Below are positions 1 through 10,116 of a DNA stretch of 64,000 bases, piece after piece. The DNA is taken from positions 96,001 to 160,000 of the forward strand of contig CAWBOS010000012.1 in NCBI GenBank assembly GCA_963790475.1, given 5' to 3'. Both the position numbers and the translations under genes were made by a program. The first letter of the stretch is position 1; each line of letters opens with the position of its first letter. The notes under the pieces were generated by a model. It did not search any database, had not been told where the DNA came from, and saw nothing but the letters and a program-made list of their open reading frames with translations. This DNA is from an uncultured delta proteobacterium. Its GTDB lineage: Bacteria > Desulfobacterota > RBG-13-43-22.

Positions 1-914
1 ATCATTTCATGGGAGGTGAAAAATCCGAAATTCCCCCCTTCGGAAGCATAGGTGCTCCAGGTATAATCCAGGCCCAGCTGATGAAACAACATCAGGTAGC
101 CCATGCAGGTATAGGTGCCGGGGTCGGCAAAGACATCCCCGGAAGGAGTGACGAAGAGGATCTCGGCCCCTTTCCGGTTGAAAGAGGGCTCGGGCCGGAT
201 GCCGGTGACCCCTTCGATTTCATCCAGGAAGAAATCGATCATGTCTTTAAAGGCATGGGGCTCGATTCCCAGGTGATTTCCTTTCCGGAAGCAGTTAGCC
301 ACCGGACCGGCGATCCAGTCGATATTCAAGCCCAGCAGGTTCAGAAGCTCCCGGCCGATAATGGTTACTTCGGCAGTGTCGATGCCGTAAGGGCAAAATA
401 CGGAACAGCGCCGGCACTCAGTGCACTGGAAAAAATAACTCCACCACTCCTTCACGACATCCTCGGTTAGGTCTCGGGCCCCGACCATTTTTCCGAAGAT
501 CTTGCCGGCCGTGGTGAATTCCCGACGATAGACCGAACGCAGGAGTTCTGCCCTTAAAACCGGCATATTTTTCGGATCTCCGGAACCGATAAAAAAATGA
601 CATTTATCGGCGCAGGCCCCGCAGCGGACACAGATATCCATAAAGATATGGAAACTCCGGAAACGGCTGATCCGCTCCCTGATGCCTTCAATGATAATCG
701 TCTTCCAATTGTCGGGTAATTTCCAATCCGCATCCATAGGATTCCAGGCCCGGGCATTGGGAAGCCCTACCGCTTCCAGGTTTTTGGCTTGAGCCCCGTA
801 GCAATAGGTCCCCGGTTTAATGACCGCCGGCGTATCCATCCAGCCTTTTAACAGCGGTGGGGAATGTTTTATTCGGGATAGTTCTTCGGGAGATTGGATT
901 TTTTTATCGGCCAT
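1..914 (-). CDS. dsrK: DsrK, Fe-S/CCG subunit of DsrMKJOP (5' part; continues past the window edge)
   Basis: Absent from the ORF track. Hand translation from ATG 914 (RBS AAGGAG) gives MADKKIQSPEEL...FMDICVRCGACADKCHFFIGSGDPKNMPVLRAELLRSVYR, the DsrK signature. It follows dsrM directly. Confidence 0.93.
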   Translation of the reverse strand, partial: MADKKIQSPEELSRIKHSPPLLKGWMDTPAVIKPGTYCYGAQAKNLEAVGLPNARAWNPMDADWKLPDNWKTIIIEGIRERISRFRSFHIFMDICVRCGACADKCHFFIGSGDPKNMPVLRAELLRSVYRREFTTAGKIFGKMVGARDLTEDVVKEWWSYFFQCTECRRCSVFCPYGIDTAEVTIIGRELLNLLGLNIDWIAGPVANCFRKGNHLGIEPHAFKDMIDFFLDEIEGVTGIRPEPSFNRKGAEILFVTPSGDVFADPGTYTCMGYLMLFHQLGLDYTWSTYASEGGNFGFFTSHEM

Positions 915-916
915 GG

Positions 917-1945
917 TTACTCCTTCTCCACTGGGATTCCAGCCTCAACCATTTTTTCTCTGAACTCTTCCTCATATTCATCATAGGTATGGACCTTTAC
1001 CGGATAATTCCAGGGATTAATATGTCTGACAAAGCGGTTATTGTTGGCCATGATCCTGGTCGGACTCAGGAAGACCCCCCCCAAATGGACCAACTTACTG
1101 AAGGGGAAATAGGCCAAAAGGCAACAGACCGAAAAAAGGTGCATATAAAAAAGGACCCCGATTCCCTGAGGCACTGTAGGATGAAAAGTCACCAGCCCCA
1201 TGACCAATTCTTTCACGCCGACCACATCAACCTTCAGCAAATAGCGCATCAGAATCCCGGTGGTGGCAATGGCCATAATCAAAAATAAAGGGAAATAATC
1301 GGTGGGCAGGGAAATATACCGAACGGTGGGGATATAAACCCTTCTCAAGAACAAATAGCCGGCTGCTGCCAACAGGACGATTCCACTGAGGTACAATCCC
1401 GGGAGCATTAAACCAGGTAATGGGCCGATTCCGAATTGCATAAAACCATCCAGGGCTTCCAGGCCGGTTACGAAAGCCGGGACCGGCTGGGTAAAAAATC
1501 GGAGGTGCCGCAAGATAACCACCAGAAAGGAATAATGGAAAAGGATGGCCGACAGCCATAGCCACTTTTCCCATTCATAGGTCACCCGCGGTCCTTCTCT
1601 GAATTCCATCGTGGAATTACGAAAAAGAGAACGAAAGAGCAGGATTTCCAAAAGCATCCGGCCGAAAACGCCTGCGGCGCTGGAAGGATTCTCGATTTTG
1701 TTGGATTTGATCCAGGGGAAGGATTTCTGTTGGCCGGCGGTGGTGGGAATTCGAAAGGGGACCGCAGAAAAAGACCAAAGGAGCAATCGGCCGACCACCC
1801 CCACTAAAAAAAGAACCATGGCCGCATAGGGAATAATCACCCCGAATAAAACCTGCAGGTTAGCCACCTGCATCCCGACAAAGGGAATGAAAACGAGAAC
1901 CAGTACCGTGATGAAGGATATGATAATGCCCAATATAAAATTCAT
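917..1945 (-). CDS. dsrM: DsrM, membrane cytochrome b subunit (NarI-like)
   Basis: Multiple TM segments, FRIPTTAGQQKS, FHYSF..V.LRHLRFF, YFPFSKLVH, C-terminal RHINPWNYPVKVHTY. Confidence 0.95.
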   Translation of the reverse strand: MNFILGIIISFITVLVLVFIPFVGMQVANLQVLFGVIIPYAAMVLFLVGVVGRLLLWSFSAVPFRIPTTAGQQKSFPWIKSNKIENPSSAAGVFGRMLLEILLFRSLFRNSTMEFREGPRVTYEWEKWLWLSAILFHYSFLVVILRHLRFFTQPVPAFVTGLEALDGFMQFGIGPLPGLMLPGLYLSGIVLLAAAGYLFLRRVYIPTVRYISLPTDYFPLFLIMAIATTGILMRYLLKVDVVGVKELVMGLVTFHPTVPQGIGVLFYMHLFSVCCLLAYFPFSKLVHLGGVFLSPTRIMANNNRFVRHINPWNYPVKVHTYDEYEEEFREKMVEAGIPVEKE

Positions 1946-2061
1946 GAATTTCTACCTCTCATCATTTAAGGTAAGGTTTGGTGCTGAAATGCCTGACACA
2001 CTTGCGCCGCCGGGTTTTGACTGGCATTTGAACTTAAAAACCCAAAGAGCGAAACACTAAT

Positions 2062-2584
2062 CTATGGTGTCTCCAACGGATCTTCCACTACCAATTTGGC
2101 CCTTTTAAGAAGCCGGATGGTTCGATTGTTAATTTCGTTGGCTTTTAGATCGTAAATCTTTTCCCGGCATAGCATAAAAATATCAAATGAAAGCAAGGTC
2201 AGTTCATCGATTCCGGACTCTAATGCCAGCAACTCCTGCCCGATCCGATTTTCTTCAATCTCCTGGGCCAACTCCTCCCGAATGACCTCTTTTAGTAAAA
2301 ACATAAAGGTCACCGCCTGGGAGGCGGAAATGTCCTGAACAGCCCTAATACGAATAATATTGTCGAGACAGGGACGTAGGGTATTAAGGTCTATCCCTTT
2401 GAAAAAGCCCGTCCATGATGGATTCAAGTTCCCGGGAAAGGATGTTTCCAACCGGATTGGCAAAACGATTCTTCTTACTTTTTAAGAATCTGGCAGTCTC
2501 TTCGGGGTAGGTCTCAATAGTCCGGTCAAACCACCGGCTCAAAATGGCCGACTTTCTATCTGATAAGAATTTTTCCAACCTCAT
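2062..2584 (-). pseudogene. dsrT: DsrT (RsbRD-N domain), split by a one-base frameshift at ~2395-2407
   Basis: ORF 2384-2584 (…RFANPVGNILSREL…GLFQ) and ORF 2062-2463 (GIDLNTLRPCLDNIIRIRAVQD…CREKIYDLKANE) join into one DsrT if one base is removed. It sits between dsrC and dsrM. Confidence 0.85.
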
Positions 2585-2664
2585 AATTGATTCATGTTAC
2601 CAGTGACAATAGAAGGGTAAACGAATTTTTCCCCGTCACTCGTCACCGGCAACTTGAATTTTCT

Positions 2665-2982
2665 TTATACGCAGCCGGTCGGTTTTGGGAGGCCGGCCAT
2701 CTTACAGGCCCCTTTCCCTGGTCCGGAGGGAAACAACTCATAGATATATTTCAGTTTAAATCCGGTAACCTTGGATAAAATCCGGACCATCGGGGCAATC
2801 CCGTTTTTCTTGTAATAGTCCTGAAGAATTTCAATAACTTTCCAATGTTCATCGGTAAGTTCGCTGATCCCTTCAGATTCTTTCACATAATCGACCCATT
2901 CACGACTCCAGGTATTGAAGTCATCAATAAAGCCATCTTCATCTACATTAAAGGTTTTCCCTTTAAATTCTACCGTTGGCAT
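2665..2982 (-). CDS. dsrC: DsrC sulfur-carrier protein
   Basis: VDEDGF, LFPSGPGKGACKMAGLPKPTGCV with both C-terminal cysteines. Confidence 0.98.
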   Translation of the reverse strand: MPTVEFKGKTFNVDEDGFIDDFNTWSREWVDYVKESEGISELTDEHWKVIEILQDYYKKNGIAPMVRILSKVTGFKLKYIYELFPSGPGKGACKMAGLPKPTGCV

Positions 2983-3125
2983 GGTTCTTCCTCCTCACAA
3001 AATTATTTTATTTTGTGGCCAATAAATGACCTATTTTCTTTAAAATGTCAAGGGTATTTTGTTCTTTTTTTCTCAATACGTTCGCATAATCCTGGGTTAT
3101 TGTTTGTTTCCTTTGAAACATAAGC

Positions 3126-4577
3126 TTATTGAGGTACCGCAGAAGACGACCGGCTTAAAAGGGTTTTATCAAACAAGAGATCTCCAGGGACTGAATTGAG
3201 CTTATGTTTCTCGGCCTGTTTCACTAAGGCAGGGGCCCACTCCGGAGTCCCCAGGGCATGAAGATGGGTATAGGAAGCCAGAACATTTTTATACAAGATC
3301 CCGTCCCCAATCCCATCCAGACCAAACCCCTTGATCATCTTAAAAACCGGGGTGAAATTACAGGTGTCCCAGTTCAAAATTCTGGAGTAATGAAATTCAT
3401 GACCCTTAATTACTCTGCCGACCGGGAAATAAGGATTTTCCTCCTGGACCTTGATCTGGATATATCCATGGCCTTGTGGCCTTTTCTCCAAAACAAAGGT
3501 CAAGGGCAAAGTCCCTACCATAGGATAAACCTCTCCCTGATAAAATAAATGCTTACCCAAATACATCAGCCCCCCGCATTCAGCATACACTGGAAGACCT
3601 TCTTCAATGGCCTCTTTCAGGGCCAAACGAAAGGAATCGTTTTTAGCCAGCAGAAGGGCTTGGGTTTCAGGGAACCCTCCACCGATATAGAGTCCGTCCA
3701 GGGATGCTGGAAATTCTCCGGTCAGGGCATTCAAAAAGAACAATCTCGCCCCGGCCTTTTCCAAGGCCTCCAGGTTCTCCGGATAATAAAACTGAAAAGC
3801 CTGATCCTGAATAATTCCAATTGAAGGATTCATCGATGAAGATCCCGTTTTGCGATGAACTGTTTGGGGGGAATAGGATTTCAGAAAAGGGGCCGCATAG
3901 GCCAGGTCAAGGAGACGGTCCAGATCCAGATAACCTTCCACCATTTTTTGGGCGGACAGAACAGCCTTTTCCACTTCAGGGTGTTCCTGAGAGGGCAGAA
4001 GGCCCAAATGTCGTTCGGGAAATTGGGTGGAGGGCATTCGAGGTATTGCCCCTAAAATCGGCAACCCGCAGTACTCTTCCACTGCTTTTCGGATAACCTT
4101 TTCGTGCCGGCTCCCGGCGATATGGTTTAAAATAATCCCTTTGAGATCCAGATCCGGATCAAATTGCCGGCAGCCTAGAATCATGGCCGCAACAGTACGG
4201 GTGGTCTTGGTACAATCCACGATCAGGACCAGAGGGGCTTTTAATACTTTGGCTAACTCGGCTGTACTGTAAGTCCCCTGGGGGTTAATCCCGTCAAAGA
4301 GGCCCCGATTACCTTCGACAAGAGATAACTCCCCGCCCTGGGCCCTATGCTGAAAGGAATGAAGAACCGTTTTCCTGCCCATTAAAAAAGGGTCCAGATT
4401 AAAACAGGGGTGGCCGGCTGCCACAGCCAACCAACCGGAATCAATATAATCCGGTCCCTTTTTAAAGGGAATGACTTTACGCCCTTGAGCTTTCCAAGCT
4501 GCCAGGACTCCCATGGAGAGAACGGTTTTTCCGGATCCCCCCCTAAGGGAGGCCATCATGATTCTGGGAAGGCCCAT
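3126..4577 (-). CDS. dsrN: DsrN, CobB/CbiA-like siroheme amidase
   Basis: GGSGKT P-loop, KKGPDYID, EGNRGLFDG, AECGGLMYL, GHEFHYS, YTHLH; dsr context. Confidence 0.92.
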   Translation of the reverse strand: MGLPRIMMASLRGGSGKTVLSMGVLAAWKAQGRKVIPFKKGPDYIDSGWLAVAAGHPCFNLDPFLMGRKTVLHSFQHRAQGGELSLVEGNRGLFDGINPQGTYSTAELAKVLKAPLVLIVDCTKTTRTVAAMILGCRQFDPDLDLKGIILNHIAGSRHEKVIRKAVEEYCGLPILGAIPRMPSTQFPERHLGLLPSQEHPEVEKAVLSAQKMVEGYLDLDRLLDLAYAAPFLKSYSPQTVHRKTGSSSMNPSIGIIQDQAFQFYYPENLEALEKAGARLFFLNALTGEFPASLDGLYIGGGFPETQALLLAKNDSFRLALKEAIEEGLPVYAECGGLMYLGKHLFYQGEVYPMVGTLPLTFVLEKRPQGHGYIQIKVQEENPYFPVGRVIKGHEFHYSRILNWDTCNFTPVFKMIKGFGLDGIGDGILYKNVLASYTHLHALGTPEWAPALVKQAEKHKLNSVPGDLLFDKTLLSRSSSAVPQ

Positions 4578-4637
4578 TTTCCTGTATTAAAGTTCCAATT
4601 TATTCTTGAGGCCGGGGCACCCTGATACAAAATCGGG

Positions 4638-4880
4638 TTATTCCTCCCCTTCCTCGGCGGCGGCCTGTTTCCCGGCCCCTTTAATCCCATACATGGTCGT
4701 GCTGCCGCTGGACCAGTATTCGAGCATCTCCTGCTGGACCATATTGTTGACTAATTTATTCACTTCCCTTGGTTTCCAATCGGGCAGCATGGCATAGAAA
4801 TCTTTCAAATAAAATTTGGATTTGCCCTTTTTCTTTTCCAGACCTTCGATAATTATTTTTTGGGCTTCGGCTGTTTCCAT
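4638..4880 (-). CDS. dsrD: DsrD, DsrAB activator
   Basis: KSKFYLKDF…LEYWSSGSTTMYG, directly after dsrB. Confidence 0.96.
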   Translation of the reverse strand: METAEAQKIIIEGLEKKKGKSKFYLKDFYAMLPDWKPREVNKLVNNMVQQEMLEYWSSGSTTMYGIKGAGKQAAAEEGEE

Positions 4881-4999
4881 TTTAATCCTCTTTTCTTTTG
4901 GTGTTTAAAGTCAAAAATCCGGAGCTTGGAGAAAAGCTTTTCCCCAAACTCCGAATTCCCAACTTCGAACCTGGATATTGAACTTCCCTTTCTGAAATA

Positions 5000-6139
5000 C
5001 TAAGCCGTAAATTTAAACTGGGAAGTCTGCCGCCAGGTATAATATGCGGGATCGCGGAAATCATCAATCAGGTGATGGGTGAATTCCAGACCGGTTTTTT
5101 CAAAAAATTTTTCCCAGCCGATCCGTTCGGCCCATTCGCCCAACCGTTCATATTTCCTGGCATTGGCTGCATAGGTTTCAACAATATTTCGGACGCAAGA
5201 GGTAACCTCGGGCCAGCGGGGGATATTATTAGGCAGGAAGGCCACCACGACCTTGGAAAACTTGGGCGCGTGGATCCGGTTGGAGACCTTGCCGCCGACC
5301 ATGATCACGATGCCGTCGCCTTGCGCATCGGCCAAGGGCATAGCCGGACACATGGTGTAGCAGTTTCCGCAGAACATGCAACGGTCCTGATTGACTGCTA
5401 CGGCCTGGGCATCGGTTCCATCCGGTTTCTTGATCTTGGCCGGTTTGATGGCTGCCGTCGGACAAGCGGCAATGGCCAAGGGAATCTCACAGACCTTGTC
5501 GATTACTTCGGCATCGATCATGGGAGGTTTGCGGTGATAACCCAGAATGGCGATGTCCGAACAATGGACCGCCCCGCACATATTCAGACAGCAGGCCAGG
5601 GAAATGCGGACATGGGCCGGCATTCTCATGCTGGTGAATTCATCAAACAAATCATCCATAACCGCCTTGACCACGCCGGAGGCATCGGTCGCCGGGGTAT
5701 GGCAATGGAGCCAGCCCTGGGTGTGAACGATGTTGGTGATCCCGGCACCGGTCCCGCCAATGGGAAACTTAAAACCTCCCCCAGCCTGCTTACGGCTCAA
5801 GAGGTCCTTTTTTAAGGGTTCGATTTTGGATTGATTGTCAACCATAAATTCGACGTTGTTCCGGGTGGTGAAGCGCAGAAAACCGCCGCAGTGCTTGTCG
5901 GCTATCTCCATGAGTTCCCGGAGATGGGAAATACTCATCACCCGGGCCGCGCCAACCCGTACGGTAAAGACCTTATCGCCGTTTTCGGCCACATGGACCA
6001 AGACCCCGGGTTCTAAAATTTCATGGTAGTCCCACTTGCCAAAGTTTTTCTTGATGACCGGAGGAAGAAAATCCTGGTAATTTTTCGGTCCTATATCGGT
6101 AATTCTATCCTTTAAAGGATTTGATGGATCATAAGGCAT
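5000..6139 (-). CDS. dsrB: Dissimilatory sulfite reductase beta subunit
   Basis: [47 protein letters not shown]. Confidence 0.99.
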   Translation of the reverse strand: MPYDPSNPLKDRITDIGPKNYQDFLPPVIKKNFGKWDYHEILEPGVLVHVAENGDKVFTVRVGAARVMSISHLRELMEIADKHCGGFLRFTTRNNVEFMVDNQSKIEPLKKDLLSRKQAGGGFKFPIGGTGAGITNIVHTQGWLHCHTPATDASGVVKAVMDDLFDEFTSMRMPAHVRISLACCLNMCGAVHCSDIAILGYHRKPPMIDAEVIDKVCEIPLAIAACPTAAIKPAKIKKPDGTDAQAVAVNQDRCMFCGNCYTMCPAMPLADAQGDGIVIMVGGKVSNRIHAPKFSKVVVAFLPNNIPRWPEVTSCVRNIVETYAANARKYERLGEWAERIGWEKFFEKTGLEFTHHLIDDFRDPAYYTWRQTSQFKFTA

Positions 6140-6152
6140 TGGTTGTTACCTC

Positions 6153-7463
6153 CTATCTCAGATGAAACTTGCGATATTCTTGAATGTCCCGGGTGAACCC
6201 GCCCTCTACTTCTTCCTCTTTCCAGAAGATATAGGGGTTGGTCCTGGGTTCCTTGACCATTTGGGGAACCGGCTCCAGTTCGGTGGCTTCTAATAATTTC
6301 TGGAACCCTTTCCTCTTAATTAATTCTCCGAGACGTTCCCGGTTTTTGCCCTCTTCCATCCAATAATCCCAGATCTTCTCAATAAGTTCTTTGATTTCGG
6401 TATAGGGCGGTTCGGCGCTGATAAAGGGAACCAGAAGGGAACCCATCTGGGCCCCATCCAGAATGGGGGCCTTGGCCCCGACCAGAATGGATATCCCAGT
6501 CTCTTGACCAATCTTCAAGGCCCTGGGCATGACATTGATGCAATGCATGCAGCGGGTGCATTCCGGATTATCAATGGTCAATTTTTTTCCATCCCAGGCC
6601 ATACAACCGGTCGGACAAAGGGCAATGACCTCTTTCTGAATATCAAAGGCCCCCCAATCCCGTCCGCTGTGTGCGCCGGCATTGGGTTTTAATTCGCCGC
6701 CCACATAGGCGGCCACGGCCTTCTGATCGATCCGGATATCGTCCTTCCAGGTGCCGATAAAGGACATGTCCGACCGGGCGATAGAGGCCACACAGCAGTT
6801 CGGACAACCGTCGAATTTAAATTTGAATTTATAAGGGAAGGCCGGGCGATGCAGATAATCCTGATACTCATTGGTCAGGTCAAAGCACAAGGCCTGGGTG
6901 TCATAACAGGCATATTCACAGCGGGATTTGCCCAGACAATCTGAAGGGGTGCGCAGGTTGGACCCCGATCCACCGAGGTCCTGCCCGATGTTGTGGGTCA
7001 GTTCATAGAAGACCTCTTCCAGTTGAGGGGTGTGAGTTCCCAACAGGATGATGTCTCCGGTGGAACCGTGCATGTTGGTGATACCGCTGCCCCTTCTTTC
7101 CCATAAATCACAAATCTTTTCCAGATATTCGGTGGAATAATATTTGCCGCCGGGCTGATTGACCCGCATGGTGTGAAAATGGGCCACGCCCGGGAACATT
7201 TCCGGTTGATCGCAGTACCGGCCGATAACCCCGCCCCCATATCCGAAAACTCCGACAATGCCGCCGTGTTTCCAGTGGGTTCGCTTGTGAACATAGGTCA
7301 GTTCCAATACACCCAGGATATCATCACAAACATCTGAAGGGATCTGAAACTTGACCCCTTTTTCGTTCTTGGCCCGAGATTCCGCTTCGCGTTTGATATC
7401 GCTTACAAAACTCGGCCACGGCCCGCTTTCTAACTGATCCAGCAGGGGTGTTTTATGCTTCAT
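6153..7463 (-). CDS. dsrA: Dissimilatory sulfite reductase alpha subunit
   Basis: THWKHGGIVGVFGYGGGVIGRY, CLGKSRC, FKFDGCPNCC, CTRCMHCINVMP. Confidence 0.99.
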   Translation of the reverse strand: MKHKTPLLDQLESGPWPSFVSDIKREAESRAKNEKGVKFQIPSDVCDDILGVLELTYVHKRTHWKHGGIVGVFGYGGGVIGRYCDQPEMFPGVAHFHTMRVNQPGGKYYSTEYLEKICDLWERRGSGITNMHGSTGDIILLGTHTPQLEEVFYELTHNIGQDLGGSGSNLRTPSDCLGKSRCEYACYDTQALCFDLTNEYQDYLHRPAFPYKFKFKFDGCPNCCVASIARSDMSFIGTWKDDIRIDQKAVAAYVGGELKPNAGAHSGRDWGAFDIQKEVIALCPTGCMAWDGKKLTIDNPECTRCMHCINVMPRALKIGQETGISILVGAKAPILDGAQMGSLLVPFISAEPPYTEIKELIEKIWDYWMEEGKNRERLGELIKRKGFQKLLEATELEPVPQMVKEPRTNPYIFWKEEEVEGGFTRDIQEYRKFHLR

Positions 7464-7711
7464 TAGTATAACCTCCCATTCGTTAATGATAAAAATTTAA
7501 TATAATAACAAATTTTATTTCAGGCCCCGAAGAGTCCTGTTAATTCTATCCACCACCTCCTCCCGGAAATTCACATTTGCGTTAACCGGCAATACTATAC
7601 TTTTAGATTATATCGAAAACCTTTTGTATTAATTAAATCCCTCCCTTCCTGCATTTCTAAGAAGATGCAAGCTATTTTAAGGGAAGAAAGTGAAAAAAAA
7701 GACAAAATCAA

Positions 7712-7741
7712 GCTATAAAATATATGTTCGGCTTTTGTCAA
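7712..7741 (-). promoter_or_regulatory. Putative sigma70 promoter of the dsrA operon
   Basis: TTGACA-18 nt-TATAGC on the minus strand in the AT-rich gap upstream of dsrA. Confidence 0.4.
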
Positions 7742-7769
7742 CAAAAAAACGGAAAATTACCGGAGGATA

Positions 7770-8945
7770 TTATCTTCCCAAACTCTGACTGGCCTGATGG
7801 ACTTGGTTTATATGAGAGACAATATTTTTATTGATTACCGGCAGATCCGGGGCCTCCGGGGCGTAAGAGGCCAGGAGGTCGGAAAATCGTTCGGTCAAGG
7901 CCTCAACTGAAAACCTGCTTAAATCTTTCAGAAAAGTTTTCCTGAATCCGGAGGTTATGGACCCTTCCTTTTCTTTTATCCTTAGGCCTTCCAGGAACCC
8001 TTCCCAGGTTGAACCCAGACAATAGTCTTCGGCCCAGGTAATTTCCCCAACCCCATCCAGTCTATCCAGCCTCATTCTCAGGGAAAGATTCAACAAAAAG
8101 AAAATGAGGGCCTCTTCCTCGGACATATCCTCCGGATCGGCCAAGGGACCATATTGCCTTACCGTCACCAGCCTGACCTCAATCCGGTCTCCATCTACTC
8201 GGACCACAAAATCACCGGCCCCGTGGTGCCAGGGAAAGATCTGGTGATAAGTCCGGGGGTTGTAATAAAGGGTCAATATCTTTGAAATTTCAATATAAAC
8301 ATTTCTGGCTTGTTGTCTGGAAAGGAAGTTGGGTCTTGGGCTTCCATCCCAAAGAACCGATTTCTGAATACCATCAAAGGGATCAATGGAAAGGTGGAAT
8401 TCATGGAAACCTTCAAACCAATCGGCCAGAAACAGACTCATAGACCGTTCCTGTTTTTCAGAATCAAAGGAGGAAACGGTTCCTGCTTCATCATGAAAAT
8501 ACACCGTTGGCAACCAGGGATAGACGAAATTATCAGCCAACCATTCTAAGGCCCTGATCTCCCGAGACATGGCCGCCCGCCCTCTTTCGGTCAGGGCTAC
8601 ATTCAACCCAAATCGAGCACATCCCTGAGAGGTGATTACCTCAATTTTCGCCGGGTGATACCAATTTCCATGTTTTTCTGAATAAATCAGGATCTCTCGG
8701 ACTTCCGACGGATTTAGGGGGACAGTTAATTGCCGGCTTGCGGCTTCTTGAAGCAACCTGAAGGAATCCTTGGCCAAAATTTCATGGATAGTCTGAAAGT
8801 AAAGCTGATAAGTCCAGAAGGATTGTACTGGTTCTTCAAAATCGATTTGAGATAGTGGCAGCCGGCTATTGAGTCGATCCCGGGTAAAAGGCTTCCTCCC
8901 TAAAAGAGAAGAAGAAAGAAATGAAACGATGGGTTGACAGCTCAT
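7770..8945 (-). CDS. Hypothetical protein with APH/protein-kinase-like fold (possible pseudokinase)
   Basis: Motif order EKHGNWYHPAKIEV / REIRALEWL…LPTVY / FLADWFEG / WHHGAGDFVV resembles APH/choline kinases. Start placed at ATG 8945. Confidence 0.55.
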   Translation of the reverse strand: MSCQPIVSFLSSSLLGRKPFTRDRLNSRLPLSQIDFEEPVQSFWTYQLYFQTIHEILAKDSFRLLQEAASRQLTVPLNPSEVREILIYSEKHGNWYHPAKIEVITSQGCARFGLNVALTERGRAAMSREIRALEWLADNFVYPWLPTVYFHDEAGTVSSFDSEKQERSMSLFLADWFEGFHEFHLSIDPFDGIQKSVLWDGSPRPNFLSRQQARNVYIEISKILTLYYNPRTYHQIFPWHHGAGDFVVRVDGDRIEVRLVTVRQYGPLADPEDMSEEEALIFFLLNLSLRMRLDRLDGVGEITWAEDYCLGSTWEGFLEGLRIKEKEGSITSGFRKTFLKDLSRFSVEALTERFSDLLASYAPEAPDLPVINKNIVSHINQVHQASQSLGR

Positions 8946-8970
8946 CCCCCGTTCCCCGATCCTCTTTGCT

Positions 8971-9624
8971 TCAGGCTTGTTCACTGGTATTTCGATGGGA
9001 CTCAACTAATTCCAAGAACCGGGGATCTACTGAATACCCGTAAGATCTGGCCTGGTCGCAATGGGCGACTGCCTTTTGAAATTCCCCTTTTTCAAAATAG
9101 GCCAGGGCCAGATTATTATGGGCCACGGCAAAGGTAGGGGCCATTTGCAGAACCTTTTGTGAGGCCGCGATGCTTTCCTCCAAACGCCCTTGCATGTAAT
9201 AAGCGCTGCCCAGCGTGGCCAGGGCCTGGACAAATTGAGGATTAATAGCCATTGCTTTTTCCAGGGATTCAACGGCCGCCTCGATATCCCCCTGTTGTAA
9301 ATAGGCAAAGCCCAAATTCCCATGGGGCACGGAAAACCTTGGTCTGATTTTAATAGCCTCTCGGTTCAAGTGAATACACCCTTCCAAATCCCCCCGTTGA
9401 AAATAGATCCCTCCCAGATCGACATAGGCTTCGGCCAAACTGGGACTGCTTTGGATGGATTCTTTAAGTTCATGAATCGCCTCGTCCCATCGGCCTTGTT
9501 TAATAAAGGCCACCGCCAGATTATAGTGACTGGTCCCGCAGTCCGGGTTTCTGGTCAGGGACTCCTTTAATTCTTCGATATATTCTTCGGTGGTTTGAGT
9601 CCGATCCTTATTTACTGTTTTCAT
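8971..9624 (-). CDS. Tetratricopeptide repeat protein
   Basis: About five tandem TPRs (HYNLAVAF, AYVDLGGIY, HGNLGFAY, LATLGSAY, HNNLALAY). Confidence 0.92.
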   Translation of the reverse strand: MKTVNKDRTQTTEEYIEELKESLTRNPDCGTSHYNLAVAFIKQGRWDEAIHELKESIQSSPSLAEAYVDLGGIYFQRGDLEGCIHLNREAIKIRPRFSVPHGNLGFAYLQQGDIEAAVESLEKAMAINPQFVQALATLGSAYYMQGRLEESIAASQKVLQMAPTFAVAHNNLALAYFEKGEFQKAVAHCDQARSYGYSVDPRFLELVESHRNTSEQA

Positions 9625-9692
9625 AACTGCCTCATAGCATTAATTTAAAATAACTCAATTATATCCCGTTCAAATATCAACCGGCGATAGTT

Positions 9693-10037
9693 CTACTTCG
9701 TTTCTTCTTTAGCCAATTCCTTTTCATACCAAATGGAAAAGGCATACATCCCTTTATAGCGGTCATCTTCATCAATCAGCCCCTTGCATATCTCCCAGGC
9801 CCCCTGGCCGAATTCGTTGCTGTAACCCGGGAAATCACAACCGGCCAAAAAGGATCGGGTTAGCTCCAGGGCCGTTCGATTCAATTTACCCTTCCGAAGA
9901 TCAATCGGATCGTTCGGTTCCATAAAAGGGTCCCAGGTATCATACCCTTTTTTCAGGATACGCGACTGAACCCTGGGGGACATCCCATCAAATATGGCTT
10001 TTTTCCTTTGTTCTTCCTCGGGGGTAAGGATAGCCAT
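9693..10037 (-). CDS. Small hypothetical protein
   Basis: RBS AAGGAG, globular composition (WDPFMEPNDPIDLR), co-oriented within the block. Confidence 0.75.
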   Translation of the reverse strand: MAILTPEEEQRKKAIFDGMSPRVQSRILKKGYDTWDPFMEPNDPIDLRKGKLNRTALELTRSFLAGCDFPGYSNEFGQGAWEICKGLIDEDDRYKGMYAFSIWYEKELAKEETK

Positions 10038-10116
10038 CCCCAAATACTCCTTGTAAAGATTAGCGGTTAACCGTTACTGTCTTCTGAATTTTCGCGAGGA
10101 TCGGGCAACAACCAAA

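Noticed and set aside
9-470. + strand 153-aa ORF
   Set aside because: Antisense shadow of dsrK.
1950-2060. Possible riboswitch between dsrT and dsrM
   Set aside because: Only a weak AAATGCC/GGCATTT stem; no known aptamer motif recognised.
7688-7705. Possible Rex operator (AAGTGAAAAAAAAGACAA) near the dsrA promoter
   Set aside because: Too many mismatches to TTGTGAA-N4-TTCACAA to support without a matrix scan.
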